Shown here in pieces: positions 40,446 to 50,921 of a stretch of 64,000 nt of DNA. Origin of the DNA: Candidatus Desulfaltia sp. (GTDB lineage: Bacteria; Desulfobacterota; Desulfobacteria; Desulfobacterales; ETH-SRB1); the NCBI GenBank assembly GCA_030656555.1, contig JAUSPN010000040.1:375-64374 (forward strand). Reading direction: 5' to 3'. The notes beneath the pieces are model-generated. The model did not search any database. It worked only from the letters and a program-made list of their open reading frames with translations, and was not told the origin of the DNA. Within the stretch, counting starts at the first letter, position 1, and each line of letters opens with the position of its first letter. Position numbers and translations under genes: made by a program.

Positions 40446-41443
40446 AATTCATTGACGAAGCGATTATTACTGTTCAGTCCGGGGATGGAGGTCGCGGGTG
40501 TGTAAGTTTCAGGCGTGAAAAATTTATACCCCGAGGAGGACCGGATGGAGGAGACGGCGGAAAAGGCGGAGATGTTGTTTTTGTGGCAACAGCAGGGAAA
40601 CGCACCCTGTATCAGTTTCGATACAAAAAGCAGCTGAAAGCTAAAAACGGCGTTTACGGACAGGGCAACCAAAAGAAAGGCAAAAACGGTGAAGATCTTA
40701 AAATAGAAATTCCCCTTGGCACCTTGGTCTTTAATGCCGAAACCGGACTCCTGATAAAAGATTTTGTTAAAGTCGGCGAACCTTTTATTATAGCAAAAGG
40801 CGGAAGAGGCGGCCAGGGAAACACACGGTTTAAATCGTCAACAAACCGTACGCCACGGTTTGCCCAGCCGGGTGAACCCTGCGAAACACTGACTCTAAAG
40901 ATAGAACTCAAACTCCTTGCAGATGTGGGCATTGTCGGTCTTCCCAATGCAGGAAAATCCACCCTTATCAGCGTAATTTCTTCAGCGCGACCCAAAATAG
41001 CCGATTACCCCTTTACAACCCTTACACCCAACCTCGGCGTAGTTCAAACAGACAAGGGAGAACCTTTTGTTGTCGCTGATATACCCGGATTGATATCAGG
41101 AGCACATAAAGGGGCAGGCCTGGGTATAAGATTTCTAAAACACATAGAGCGAACCCGAATCCTTGTTCATCTTATCGATATATCCTCTGTTGACACGAAC
41201 CATCCCCTTGATGTTTATAATACGATAAACATCGAACTTGCGCTATACAGCGAGAATCTTGCAAAAAAGCCTCAAATTGTTGTATTGAATAAACTTGATC
41301 TCCCAGGCGCTAAAGAAGCGGCAGATATATTTCAATCCGCTGCCAAGGAAAAGGACATAGAATTAATTTCCGCCATTACCGGAAAAGGGGTTAACCATTT
41401 AATATTACGGATTCTTGAGATATTAGATAAGACGTATGAATAA
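40442..41443 (+). CDS. obgE: GTPase ObgE/CgtA
   Basis: Gly-rich [32 protein letters not shown]; TTG start. Confidence 0.97.
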   Translation: MKFIDEAIITVQSGDGGRGCVSFRREKFIPRGGPDGGDGGKGGDVVFVATAGKRTLYQFRYKKQLKAKNGVYGQGNQKKGKNGEDLKIEIPLGTLVFNAETGLLIKDFVKVGEPFIIAKGGRGGQGNTRFKSSTNRTPRFAQPGEPCETLTLKIELKLLADVGIVGLPNAGKSTLISVISSARPKIADYPFTTLTPNLGVVQTDKGEPFVVADIPGLISGAHKGAGLGIRFLKHIERTRILVHLIDISSVDTNHPLDVYNTINIELALYSENLAKKPQIVVLNKLDLPGAKEAADIFQSAAKEKDIELISAITGKGVNHLILRILEILDKTYE

Positions 41444-42572
41444 AAACAGAAAATCTTGTTTTAATTGCGTAAAGCGTGTTGTTATCAAGGTCGGCAGCGG
41501 AGTCCTCACCGAAGATAACGGGTTGAACCTAAAAGCTCTCAGATCCATCAGCAGGCAGATTTGTTATCTTATTGACGGAGGAATGGAGATTATCCTTGTT
41601 TCATCCGGGGCTATGGCAGCAGGGATAAGAAAAGTCGGGCTTTCCAGAAGACCGGATGAAATCCCCCAAAGGCAGGCAATTGCCGCTGTTGGTCAGGCCG
41701 GACTTATCATGGAGTATGAAAAGGCATTTGCCAGATATGGGAAAAGAGTAGCTCAGATTCTTCTGACCAGCGAAGATCTCAGCAACCGAAAAAGATACTT
41801 AAATGCTCGAAACACTTTAAGCACATTGTTGTCCTGGAAGTTTGTTCCGATTATTAATGAAAACGATACTGTTGCAGTGGAAGAGATTAGATTTGGAGAT
41901 AATGACAATCTTGCCGCCATGATTACAATGCTGATGGATGCCGATATTCTAATCAATCTTACCGATATTGACGGGCTTTATAATAAAGATCCTCGCAACA
42001 ATCCGGATGCAAAGCTGATTCCGGTTGTATCCACAATAAATAAGAGCATTGAAAAACTTGCAAGTGATATTCCGGGCACCCTCGGAACCGGGGGAATGAT
42101 TGCAAAGATAAATGCTGCAAAGAAGGTTACTGCAGCTGGAATACCTATGATAATTGCCGGTGGTGCAAAACCGGATATTTTGAAAAAGCTTTTTTCAGGA
42201 AAAGATTATGGAACCTTTTTTGTTCCGAAAAAGGAAAAGCTTGCAGGACGTAAATGCTGGATCGCTTATAGTTTGAAGCCTAAGGGGGTTATCATAATTG
42301 ATAACGGTGCTGCAACCGCAATACTTAAAAAAGGAAAGAGTCTTCTTCCAGGCGGTATTATCGGTGTGGAAGGTAATTTCAGTGTGGGAGCGCCTGTAGA
42401 ATTTCAAATGGATGATAACAAGAAATTGGGAACCGGCCTTGTCAATTACAGCGCAGCCGATATACGTAAGATCATGGGGCTCAAGTCAAGCAAGATTGAG
42501 GAGTGCCTCGGATATAAGCCTTATGACGAAGTTATACATAGAGACAACCTGGCTATTACATATTATGATTAA
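41436..42572 (+). CDS. proB: Glutamate 5-kinase
   Basis: VIKVGS, VSSGA, NENDTV, GDNDNL, GTGGM, PUA domain. Confidence 0.97.
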   Translation: MNKNRKSCFNCVKRVVIKVGSGVLTEDNGLNLKALRSISRQICYLIDGGMEIILVSSGAMAAGIRKVGLSRRPDEIPQRQAIAAVGQAGLIMEYEKAFARYGKRVAQILLTSEDLSNRKRYLNARNTLSTLLSWKFVPIINENDTVAVEEIRFGDNDNLAAMITMLMDADILINLTDIDGLYNKDPRNNPDAKLIPVVSTINKSIEKLASDIPGTLGTGGMIAKINAAKKVTAAGIPMIIAGGAKPDILKKLFSGKDYGTFFVPKKEKLAGRKCWIAYSLKPKGVIIIDNGAATAILKKGKSLLPGGIIGVEGNFSVGAPVEFQMDDNKKLGTGLVNYSAADIRKIMGLKSSKIEECLGYKPYDEVIHRDNLAITYYD

Positions 42573-42574
42573 TA

Positions 42575-42682
42575 TTGATGAATTCGCAAAAAGTCTAATT
42601 CATCAGGTGTTAGGTGTTAAGAGCTTTATAAAAAAGTTAATTGCTTTAACCTGACAAACAACCCCTAACACATTTTATAAAA
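42575..42682. repeat. Composite repeat: TGATGAATTC hairpin plus inner palindromic segment
   Basis: TGATGAATT..AATTCATCA-GGTG followed by a 48-nt core that recurs inverted at 61623-61670. Confidence 0.8.
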
Positions 42683-42704
42683 ATCTCAAAAAAAAGGGAT
42701 AGAG

Positions 42705-43961
42705 ATGTCTGTTGAATTAACGGTTCTGGAAATGGCAAAAGCCGCAAAAGCTGCTTCAATAGAGATGGCAAAATGCCCCTCAATTAAAAAAAACGGAGCT
42801 CTTCTCGGAATTGCCGGTAAAATCGAAAAAGAAGCTTCATATATAAAGCAAGAAAACAATAAGGATCTTTCACGCGCAAAGGAGATGGGGCTTTCAAGTG
42901 CAATGATTGATCGACTTACTGTTTCTGATTCAACTATAAAATCTATGGCTGATGGACTGAGAGAAGTAGCGCAGCTTGACGACCCTGTCGGTTCCATAAG
43001 CAAAACATTGATAAGACCCAACGGCTTGCAGGTGTCACGTATGCGCATACCTTTGGGCGTTATCGGTATAATTTATGAATCAAGACCAAATGTTACCGTA
43101 GATGCTGCCGGCCTTTGCCTGAAGGCCGGAAATGCGGTTATACTTCGCGGCGGTTCTGAGGCATTCCATTCCAATCAGGCATTAGCCGGAATTATAGCTA
43201 GCGCTCTTCTTGAAAACGGCCTTCCTGAGGCTGCGGTTAATATTGTGCCGGTTAGAGACAGGGCCGCCGTTAATGCGCTGTTAAATCAGGAAGAGTTTGT
43301 TGATCTTATTATACCGCGTGGCGGCGAGAGCTTGATCCGCTTTGTCGTGGAAAATTCAAAGATACCTGTATTAAAACATTATAAAGGCGTATGCCATGTA
43401 TATGTTGATGATAGCGCAGATCTGTTTATGGCTGAAGAGATCTGTTTTAATGCAAAGGTTCAGCGCCCCGGCGTATGCAATGCCATGGAGACAATGCTTG
43501 TTCACAAATCAGTGGCCCAAAAATTTTTGCCGGCTATCGAAAAACGCTTTGTTAAGGCCGGGGTTGAAATCAGGGGCTGCCCTGAAACATGCCGTATCCT
43601 GCCAAAAGTAATAAAGGCATCGGAAGAGGACTGGCCTGCCGAATATCTGGACCTTGTTATTGCCGTCAAGGTTGTTGATGATATGGATCAGGCCATAGCA
43701 CACATGGCAAAATACGGTTCCAGCCATACGGAAGCTATTGTTACATCAGATTATAAGAGAGCAAGGCGCTTTGTCCGCGAGGTGGATTCTTCGGTTGTTC
43801 TTGTAAACGCTTCAACACGCTTCAACGATGGAGGACAGTTAGGATTAGGTGCTGAAATCGGCATAAGCACTTCCAAGCTGCACGCTTTCGGACCAATGGG
43901 TGTGAAAGAGCTTACCACTACCAAGTTTGTAGTTTTTGGAGACGGGCAAATAAGGCTTTAA
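42705..43961 (+). CDS. proA: Gamma-glutamyl phosphate reductase
   Basis: [38 protein letters not shown]. Confidence 0.97.
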   Translation: MSVELTVLEMAKAAKAASIEMAKCPSIKKNGALLGIAGKIEKEASYIKQENNKDLSRAKEMGLSSAMIDRLTVSDSTIKSMADGLREVAQLDDPVGSISKTLIRPNGLQVSRMRIPLGVIGIIYESRPNVTVDAAGLCLKAGNAVILRGGSEAFHSNQALAGIIASALLENGLPEAAVNIVPVRDRAAVNALLNQEEFVDLIIPRGGESLIRFVVENSKIPVLKHYKGVCHVYVDDSADLFMAEEICFNAKVQRPGVCNAMETMLVHKSVAQKFLPAIEKRFVKAGVEIRGCPETCRILPKVIKASEEDWPAEYLDLVIAVKVVDDMDQAIAHMAKYGSSHTEAIVTSDYKRARRFVREVDSSVVLVNASTRFNDGGQLGLGAEIGISTSKLHAFGPMGVKELTTTKFVVFGDGQIRL

Positions 43962-43964
43962 GTA

Positions 43965-44642
43965 ATGCATATAGGACTTTTTGGCGGTACATTTAATCCG
44001 ATTCATAATGGACATCTAAAAGCTGTCGAAGAAGTGCAAAAGGGGTTTTCTTTAGATGAAATCTATCTTATTCCATCCGCCCTTCCCCCGCACAAAGAGC
44101 AAAAAAATCTTGCTGACGCAAAAAACCGTATGGAGATGATACGCCTCGCTGTTGCAAGCTGCCCTGCCCTTATGAAATCAGTCATTGTTTCCGATGTTGA
44201 GCTGAAACGTTCAGGACTTTCATATACAATCGATACTGTTTGCCATTTCAAATCCATATCACCGAAAAACAGCCGGCTTTATCTTATCCTCGGCCTTGAT
44301 GCTTTCCTTGAGATAGACACATGGAAATCTTATATGGATATTTTCACGCTTGCCTCCTTTATTATAATTCCCAGGCCCGGGACAGGAAGCTCGGATAAGT
44401 CCATTGTCCTGAAATCTATTGAAAATTATCTAAAAAAGAGCATATCTCACGGTTATAACTATTCCTTTTCGCAATCATGCTGTATTCATCCCGATAAACA
44501 GCCTGTTTTTTTCTTTGATATAAGCCCAATAAATATTTCGTCAACAAAAATACGCAAACTTATTAACCAGGGCATATCTGTTAAATCTTTAGTCCCTGAA
44601 AAGGTGGAAGAATTTATTAAAACAAAAGGACTTTATTTATGA
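43965..44642 (+). CDS. nadD: Nicotinate-nucleotide adenylyltransferase
   Basis: GGTFNPIHNGH, PPHK, SYTIDT, ISSTKIR. Confidence 0.96.
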   Translation: MHIGLFGGTFNPIHNGHLKAVEEVQKGFSLDEIYLIPSALPPHKEQKNLADAKNRMEMIRLAVASCPALMKSVIVSDVELKRSGLSYTIDTVCHFKSISPKNSRLYLILGLDAFLEIDTWKSYMDIFTLASFIIIPRPGTGSSDKSIVLKSIENYLKKSISHGYNYSFSQSCCIHPDKQPVFFFDISPINISSTKIRKLINQGISVKSLVPEKVEEFIKTKGLYL

Positions 44643-44995
44643 CCAACGATCTTGATGAACTTCTTGCTCATTACGTTAAAGCAGTTACGGGGAAACAGGC
44701 GATCGATCCTGTGTTTCTTGATGTCCGGGGACTGACTTCTGTCGCAGATTTTTTTATTATTTGCAGCGGCAGTTCAAACCGCCAGGTTATGGCGATTGCC
44801 GAATTTATTAAGGTCGATCTCAAAAAGCATGGAATAAAGCCGCTTAGCGTGGAGGGTATAAAGGATGGGCGCTGGGTTTTGATAGACTACGGCGATGTTA
44901 TCATTCATGTTTTTTATGAACCTTTGCGTGGTTTCTATGACCTTGAAGGATTATGGACAGATGCAAAAAGAGTAAAAACCGATGACAAAGAATAA
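44639..44995 (+). CDS. rsfS: Ribosome silencing factor
   Basis: ADFFIICSGSSNRQV, WVLIDYGDVIIHVF, FYDLEGLW. Confidence 0.96.
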   Translation: MTNDLDELLAHYVKAVTGKQAIDPVFLDVRGLTSVADFFIICSGSSNRQVMAIAEFIKVDLKKHGIKPLSVEGIKDGRWVLIDYGDVIIHVFYEPLRGFYDLEGLWTDAKRVKTDDKE

Positions 44996-46556
44996 AAAAC
45001 CATGTATGTTGATGATTTTAGACGGATGGGGAATCAATCCCAACCAATACGGAAATGCTGTTAATCTTGCCAGAACTCCCTGTCTGGACATGCTGAAGAA
45101 AGAATATCCTAATACCAGCCTCATGTGTTTTGGTGAAGCTGTAGGACTTCCAGAAGGTGTGATGGGCAATTCCGAGGTTGGTCATCTAAATATTGGAGCA
45201 GGAAGGATAGTCTTTCAGGCTTTACTCAGAATAAACACGGCAATTAATGATGGATCGTTTTACGAAAATCAGGCCATAAACTCCATAATATCCAAGGTAA
45301 AGGATAATAATTCCGCGCTTCATATGATGGGGCTTGTTTCAGACGGAGGCGTGCACAGCCATCTGAATCATCTGTTTGCCCTTCTAAATATGGCTAAACA
45401 AAAGGGGCTTAGCCGGGTTTATATACACGTCATAACCGATGGCCGTGACACACTGTCCGACAGCGGAGCAGGATATGTAAAAGATCTGCAGGACTATATC
45501 GACTCAATCAATTTCGGCTTTATCGCGACTGTTTGCGGCCGTTTCTATGCTATGGACAGGGATAGCAGATGGGACCGTACTGAAAAGGCTTTCCGTTTGT
45601 ACACACTTGGTGAAGGAATAAAAGAAAAGGAACCTGTAGAAGCGGTAAAAAACGCTTATATGCGAAAGGAAACCGATGAATTTATCCGCCCAACCGTAAT
45701 TACAGGTAAGGATAATAGCGCCCTGGGAACAATAAAAGATGGTGATGGAATTATATTTTTCAATTTTCGCGTCGACCGTGCCAGACAGATAACTCACGTC
45801 TTTACAGACCCGGTTTTTGATTCATTTAAAAGAGAGTCGCTGCCAAAGCTTTGCGAATATCTCTGCATGACCTTATATGATGAAAAGTTTAATTTGCCTC
45901 TGGCTTTTCCCCCCGTTCATCTGAATAAAATCCTGGGACAGGTAATAAGCGAGCAGGGATTAAGACAGCTCAGAATTGCGGAAACAGAAAAATATGCCCA
46001 TGTAACCTATTTTTTTAACGGCGGAGAAGAAAAGCCTTTCTCGCTCGAAGATCGATGCCTCATCCCGTCGCCACGCGAGGTCGCGACCTATGACTTAAAA
46101 CCCGAAATGAGCGCCGCTCTGGTGACTGAAGAGGTTATTTCACGCTTGCGGTCAAATAGCTATGGCACCTACGACCTGATTGTTCTAAACTTTGCCAATA
46201 TGGATATGGTGGGTCATACAGGAGTTCTTGAGGCTGCAATCAAAGCATGCGAAACAGTTGACAGGTGTGTAAAAAAAATAGTCGATGAAATGCGGCTGAT
46301 AGGCGGAGTTATTCTGATTATGGCAGATCACGGAAATGCAGAAGAAATGATAAATGAAAACGGCCATATCCATACCGCCCATACACTCAATCCTGTTCCT
46401 TTTATATTAGTTGGCGATAATTACAAGGATGCCAAGCTGAAATCCGGCATCCTTGCAGATGTCGCCCCCACCATCCTCAACATCTTAGGGATTGACAAAC
46501 CAGAACAGATGACCGGAAATTCTTTGATTCATCAGCCCGTTAAATTCCCTCTTTGA
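44982..46556 (+). CDS. gpmI: 2,3-BPG-independent phosphoglycerate mutase
   Basis: ILDGWG, MGNSEVGH, SDGGVHSH, AETEKYAHVT, DMVGHTG, ADHGNAE. Confidence 0.97.
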   Translation: MTKNKKPCMLMILDGWGINPNQYGNAVNLARTPCLDMLKKEYPNTSLMCFGEAVGLPEGVMGNSEVGHLNIGAGRIVFQALLRINTAINDGSFYENQAINSIISKVKDNNSALHMMGLVSDGGVHSHLNHLFALLNMAKQKGLSRVYIHVITDGRDTLSDSGAGYVKDLQDYIDSINFGFIATVCGRFYAMDRDSRWDRTEKAFRLYTLGEGIKEKEPVEAVKNAYMRKETDEFIRPTVITGKDNSALGTIKDGDGIIFFNFRVDRARQITHVFTDPVFDSFKRESLPKLCEYLCMTLYDEKFNLPLAFPPVHLNKILGQVISEQGLRQLRIAETEKYAHVTYFFNGGEEKPFSLEDRCLIPSPREVATYDLKPEMSAALVTEEVISRLRSNSYGTYDLIVLNFANMDMVGHTGVLEAAIKACETVDRCVKKIVDEMRLIGGVILIMADHGNAEEMINENGHIHTAHTLNPVPFILVGDNYKDAKLKSGILADVAPTILNILGIDKPEQMTGNSLIHQPVKFPL

Positions 46557-46588
46557 AGATTTCCCTTCTGAAGGGGGATAAGGGGTAA

Positions 46589-46657
46589 AGGGCTCGGTGT
46601 CAGGGCTCGGTGTCAAATCTTGATTAGTGTCAGGGCTCGGTGTCAAATCTTGATTAG
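46589..46657 (+). repeat. Perfect 30-bp tandem duplication with nested 13-mer
   Basis: TGTCAGGGCTCGGTGTCAAATCTTGATTAG at 46598-46627 and 46628-46657; AGGGCTCGGTGTC occurs three times. Confidence 0.9.
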
Positions 46658-46806
46658 CACATTAGCGGACTCCCGAGACGCCCTGAAATTATAAGTTTCT
46701 ATTTTATCTGTTATATGACATGGTTTTAAGAACGCGGTGTTATGTGGTAAATAAAAATAGGAAATGCAACAATTAATCAATAAATTTAAATGTAAAGGAG
46801 TTAAAA

Positions 46807-47133
46807 ATGGCAGAAGCAAAAGGATTGATGAAACCGGTAAAGCTGAAAAGTCAGCTGGCAAAGTTTCTGGGAGCAACAGAACTTCCCAGGACAGAGATCA
46901 CCAAAAAACTATGGGACTATATTAAAGCGAATAAACTTCAGACAAAGACTGAAAATGGAAAACCTGAGAACGCAGGAAAGTTCATTGTGGCTGATGCGAG
47001 TTTGCTCCCGATCTTCAAAAACACAAAATCCAAAAGCAAATCAGGCAATGTCACTGACCTTACAAAGCTGAAAGAAGGCCAGACGATCAACATGCTGCAG
47101 ATGGCCGCTGTTGTTGGCGCAAACATAGAATAA
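46807..47133 (+). CDS. SWIB/MDM2-like small protein
   Basis: GLMKPV...LAKFLG...RTEITKKLWDYIKANKLQ; AGGAG RBS. Confidence 0.75.
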   Translation: MAEAKGLMKPVKLKSQLAKFLGATELPRTEITKKLWDYIKANKLQTKTENGKPENAGKFIVADASLLPIFKNTKSKSKSGNVTDLTKLKEGQTINMLQMAAVVGANIE

Positions 47134-47191
47134 GCTTAAAGTATCGGGCCTGCATATGAATAATGCATTTGAGCAAAAGCCCGTGGGCGGA

Positions 47192-47237
47192 AATATGAGT
47201 CAAGAAACAGGCGGCAAGTCTGTTCTTGACTCATGTT
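47192..47237. terminator. Long hairpin between convergent genes
   Basis: AATATGAGTCAAGAAACAG / CTGTTCTTGACTCATGTT. Confidence 0.55.
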
Positions 47238-47313
47238 CGCTGATAATGGAAAAACAAATCTAACCTTGCTCTTTCAGCCGACAGCTGATCGCTGAAAGGA
47301 GTTGAGAGATGTC

Positions 47314-47745
47314 TATTCAACCACCCAGACCAACTCCGGGACTTCCGGAACGCCCCTAAAAGAAATGGGGCCACCCATTATCTTTTGTTTTTTTATGGTA
47401 TGATAGCCTTTGGCACTTTTCCCAGGATATTAATTCCTTCATCCACAAATTCACAAAAGGGAAGTTCCCTCTCTATTTGTGCCAGATGCTCTTCGGAAGG
47501 TTCTTCCATTTGCAACTGCCATTTAATCCAAAAGCATTTTCCAGTATAAGGCTTTCCGTCTTTTTCATAAATTAATGCTCCATGTCTGGCGCTTTTATCT
47601 GCATGTTTTCCAAAGAATACAGCGGCTGCCAGAGCAGATGGTGCTTTAATCATGCGTTCATTAGAAATAATAACTGCTTTGTATATGTGTAGTTTCATAA
47701 TTGCCCGATTTTTAATCCAATTTTTCTTATTCAACCACCCAGACC
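47314..47745. repeat. 18-bp direct repeat of the USP gene 3' end flanking a small gene
   Basis: TATTCAACCACCCAGACC at 47314-47331 and 47728-47745. Confidence 0.85.
47393..47698 (-). CDS. Hypothetical protein (101 aa)
   Basis: MKLHIYKAVIISNERMIKAP...; co-oriented just after USP; start placed at ATG 47698. Confidence 0.6.
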   Translation of the reverse strand: MKLHIYKAVIISNERMIKAPSALAAAVFFGKHADKSARHGALIYEKDGKPYTGKCFWIKWQLQMEEPSEEHLAQIERELPFCEFVDEGINILGKVPKAIIP

Positions 47746-48194
47746 GTACAGTTGCGCGCATAGTTGACGATCTTGCTGGAAACACTCCCGAAGAGGAATT
47801 CCTGGCTTCGTGAAAGCCCTTGTCTTCCAACAACTACGGTGCTGTATTCGGCCTCGTCTTTTTCTTCCAGGATGCATGTTGCCATGGAAGGACAGTGGCG
47901 CATTATAGAACGAACCGAAACCACGCTTGGATCAAAACCGCCTTGTATCAATATCTGACGGTAGTCTTCAAGTGTTTTATCAACCTTCTTTTTATGCTGA
48001 TCAAGCCATTTGTCTCTCTCTTCCAAAGTGGGAAAGTAATCTTCCTCGGGTTCAGGAATTACATGCAGGACAGATACCCTGAAGCCTTTAGCGCCTTCCA
48101 GAAGTTTAGCCACATATAAAACCGCACGACGAGCGTTCTCTGACTCATCAACCGCAATAAGGATATTCTTGTTAAAAATATGCTCTTTATTCAT
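47727..48194 (-). CDS. Universal stress protein
   Basis: ILIAVDESENA, VVGRQG, FLFGSVSSKIV. Confidence 0.92.
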   Translation of the reverse strand: MNKEHIFNKNILIAVDESENARRAVLYVAKLLEGAKGFRVSVLHVIPEPEEDYFPTLEERDKWLDQHKKKVDKTLEDYRQILIQGGFDPSVVSVRSIMRHCPSMATCILEEKDEAEYSTVVVGRQGLSRSQEFLFGSVSSKIVNYARNCTVWVVE

Positions 48195-49173
48195 GCTTTT
48201 TCTCCTTGCAAGTCTGCATAAACCCTTCTAAATCCTCCAGCAACTGACCGGTGTTATCATAAAACCAGTTGGCGCCTCGTGAAAAATGCATTAGAACCGT
48301 GTTAAGGATTTCAGGTATATAGGGATAAACCTTTTTTAAGTTTGCCACGCGATTGTGAAAAACAATATTAACATCATCATCTGTCAGCAAACTTAAAGCA
48401 GGATGGTTTTGATTTTTAAGGTCGGTCATCATTAGATCGCCCATTCCTGTCAGAAATATTAAAATATTACCCAAACCAAAAAGATCATAACCATATATAT
48501 TCTCTCTGTGGCGGTAATTATAGTCAAAATCTATCCAGCGGAAATCTCCGCTGTTCCTGTCAATGAAAATATGATCTCTACGGATATCACCGTGTTTCTC
48601 ATTATTTTCGTGTAGAAATTTAACAGCCTTAATACACTCAATATATTTACTTAAAATGTCCGGAAACAGCTCATAAAAATAAGCCTTATGATCAAGCTTT
48701 AAGTTTTGCACATAAGCATGGATAGTTTCTCCATTAATTACGTCTAATACTCTAACAATATTAGCCTTTTCATCTTCTACCGCATATCCATGCATGAAAT
48801 TTTTATGACCGGCTACCAGCTTCAATATGCGCGCCTCTTTTTTTGGGCTTCTAAAGCACTCGAACGGAATGCCTGCTATATTAGCCGTAAACTTTTCATG
48901 AAAAACGAGCTTTAAGATCTTCCTGCTCCCATCAGTCAAGTCAACTGATCGCTTAACCCAGAATTTTTCCTCATCATCAAGCCCGAAACGTCCTTCCTTT
49001 GTATTATGCAGAACCAGAAATGGTTTTTCATTAAGAACAACCACGCTTCCATATTCGACACGGAAAAAATCCGAGGTATCTTTATAAATTTTAAACCGAT
49101 AACTTTCAGGGCGAGGAGATGTCCACCGCGCAATCATTTGATGAAGAGTCTCTTGAGATATAGATTTTGCCAT
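48187..49173 (-). CDS. Protein-kinase-like protein
   Basis: KLVF Lys, KKEARIL alphaC Glu, HGDIRRDH catalytic loop, IDFD. Confidence 0.72.
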   Translation of the reverse strand: MAKSISQETLHQMIARWTSPRPESYRFKIYKDTSDFFRVEYGSVVVLNEKPFLVLHNTKEGRFGLDDEEKFWVKRSVDLTDGSRKILKLVFHEKFTANIAGIPFECFRSPKKEARILKLVAGHKNFMHGYAVEDEKANIVRVLDVINGETIHAYVQNLKLDHKAYFYELFPDILSKYIECIKAVKFLHENNEKHGDIRRDHIFIDRNSGDFRWIDFDYNYRHRENIYGYDLFGLGNILIFLTGMGDLMMTDLKNQNHPALSLLTDDDVNIVFHNRVANLKKVYPYIPEILNTVLMHFSRGANWFYDNTGQLLEDLEGFMQTCKEKKHE

Positions 49174-49346
49174 AACTATTTTTATGTTATTGAAGAACCC
49201 TGTAGCCCCGCTGGAACGGGATCTCCGCTTTGCTCCGACAAGCTACAGGGAATTCGCTCATTATTGCGGTTAAAAAGTCAGCCGGCGGAAATGCGCTCTA
49301 TGGAAGGTTTAAAAAACTTCTTTGGGGGAAAACAGAGAAAAAATAA

Positions 49347-50024
49347 TCAAAGGCCCGCAACCTCTTTGCCGCAATGCTTGCAGACGTTGGCTCTTTTTTT
49401 TATTATTTCAGCGCAAAACGGACATTCCCGCGTATAATGTCTTTCATGTATCTTTTTTATAGATTCATCGACCTGTTTTTGAATAAGCTGATTACCGAAT
49501 TTTACATTTCTGATCGGATCGATCGACTCCAGACATCCAACATCACCAATCATTTCAGCTGCTTTAAGCCTGACCCTTACCGGCTCTGTTGCATCTAAAA
49601 GCAATCTTAATATTGTAATGTCATCCTTTTCCACATAACAGCCGGCAAGAATTGAAAACCCTTTCTTTATAGCCTCTTTCAACATATCCTCCTGTATAAG
49701 GACCTGTTCATCAACAACCTGCCCTGTTGCTCCTGATTTGCTGAAAACAGGCATACATTCGAACGTTCCTGAACTGGGATAGCACATGCATCTGTAAGAA
49801 GCATGATGGCCATAATCTTCCTCAACTTTATCCCACCCCTGATTATATAATGAGCATTCATCATTAAAACATACAAACAGGTAGGGTTCACCCCATCCAA
49901 GGCCGTCGCCCATAGAAACAGGAGGCACCTCCCATAAGTTCATTTCTTTGCCGCAATGAGGACATGTTGGTTTCTCCTGAGATAGTATCTTTTCTAAAAC
50001 TTGTTCCTTTGTTTCAAAATTCAT
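49347..50024 (-). CDS. Zinc-ribbon plus HEAT-like repeat protein
   Basis: CPHC...CFNDEC; RLKAAEMIGDVG; CPFC...CKHC; start placed at ATG 50024. Confidence 0.75.
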   Translation of the reverse strand: MNFETKEQVLEKILSQEKPTCPHCGKEMNLWEVPPVSMGDGLGWGEPYLFVCFNDECSLYNQGWDKVEEDYGHHASYRCMCYPSSGTFECMPVFSKSGATGQVVDEQVLIQEDMLKEAIKKGFSILAGCYVEKDDITILRLLLDATEPVRVRLKAAEMIGDVGCLESIDPIRNVKFGNQLIQKQVDESIKKIHERHYTRECPFCAEIIKKRANVCKHCGKEVAGL

Positions 50025-50197
50025 TGGATTTCCTCTTAAATTAACAGTTTCGTAACGCAACAGTTATTACCTGATATCTCGCATAATACCCTCTTTGATC
50101 AAACAGGTCAATAACAATGACAAAATTAAGATTGCCACACAGCAATGACCAAAATATCCAGCAGGCCGCCGGCAAAAACGGGATAGAACAGGGTGGT

Positions 50198-50815
50198 TTA
50201 TTCTCGATCAGCCTTATTGTCGGCGGGTTTGGGTTTCATCAAATCAGAAAAGCTCATAATTTTTTCAGAATCTTTATATTTATCCAACATTTTTTGCATT
50301 TTTTTAAAATAAGGAAGCTTGTGTTTGATCTTGCCAAAGAGGATGCGGGCAAGGATATACATGGGTATGAATGTGAAGGAATATCCCGCTGATTCTCCCA
50401 GTGCGGGAAGACGGCAAGGCAACAAGAACTCCACATCTAAGAAACGCGTCTGCATCCAGCCCAGGGCAAAGGGGATTGGCCATAAGGAAGAGGCTGCAAG
50501 GGCTATCTGTTTAAAAAATACCTTTCCAAAGGCCTCATTAGCTTCTTTATTACATGCCTTGTAACTCATCTTGTCTTTGGCCATCAGAGCCTGAACAGAA
50601 AGGTTCTGCATCCTTACCATCTTCCGGTTGTCATGATCAATGTACTTTTTATTAAATCTAAAAGCCAGGGAGATGGTAAACTCGCCTATAATGACACAAA
50701 TCACGGATAAGACAAGAATTCCAATAAAATAGCCAATCACAGGATTTGTTGTGATGCGAAAAAAAAAGATCAGAAAGGTGTCAATATTCAAGTAAATGGT
50801 TTGGAAAAAATTCAT
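50198..50815 (-). CDS. Hypothetical membrane protein
   Basis: Hydrophobic segments; SSLWPIPFALGWMQTRF; in an operon with TauE. Confidence 0.75.
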   Translation of the reverse strand: MNFFQTIYLNIDTFLIFFFRITTNPVIGYFIGILVLSVICVIIGEFTISLAFRFNKKYIDHDNRKMVRMQNLSVQALMAKDKMSYKACNKEANEAFGKVFFKQIALAASSLWPIPFALGWMQTRFLDVEFLLPCRLPALGESAGYSFTFIPMYILARILFGKIKHKLPYFKKMQKMLDKYKDSEKIMSFSDLMKPKPADNKADRE

Positions 50816-50921
50816 AAAAAAAGCCGCGTCCTGGGTCTTAAGTATTAATGGGGCGATCTCGCTGGAATCTTATCAGACCCGCAGAGATCTGCCCCCGGTT
50901 AAGTAATTATTTGTCTCAATG

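Noticed and set aside
46589-46657. 30-bp repeats as a mini-CRISPR
   Set aside because: Units are directly adjacent, with no spacer
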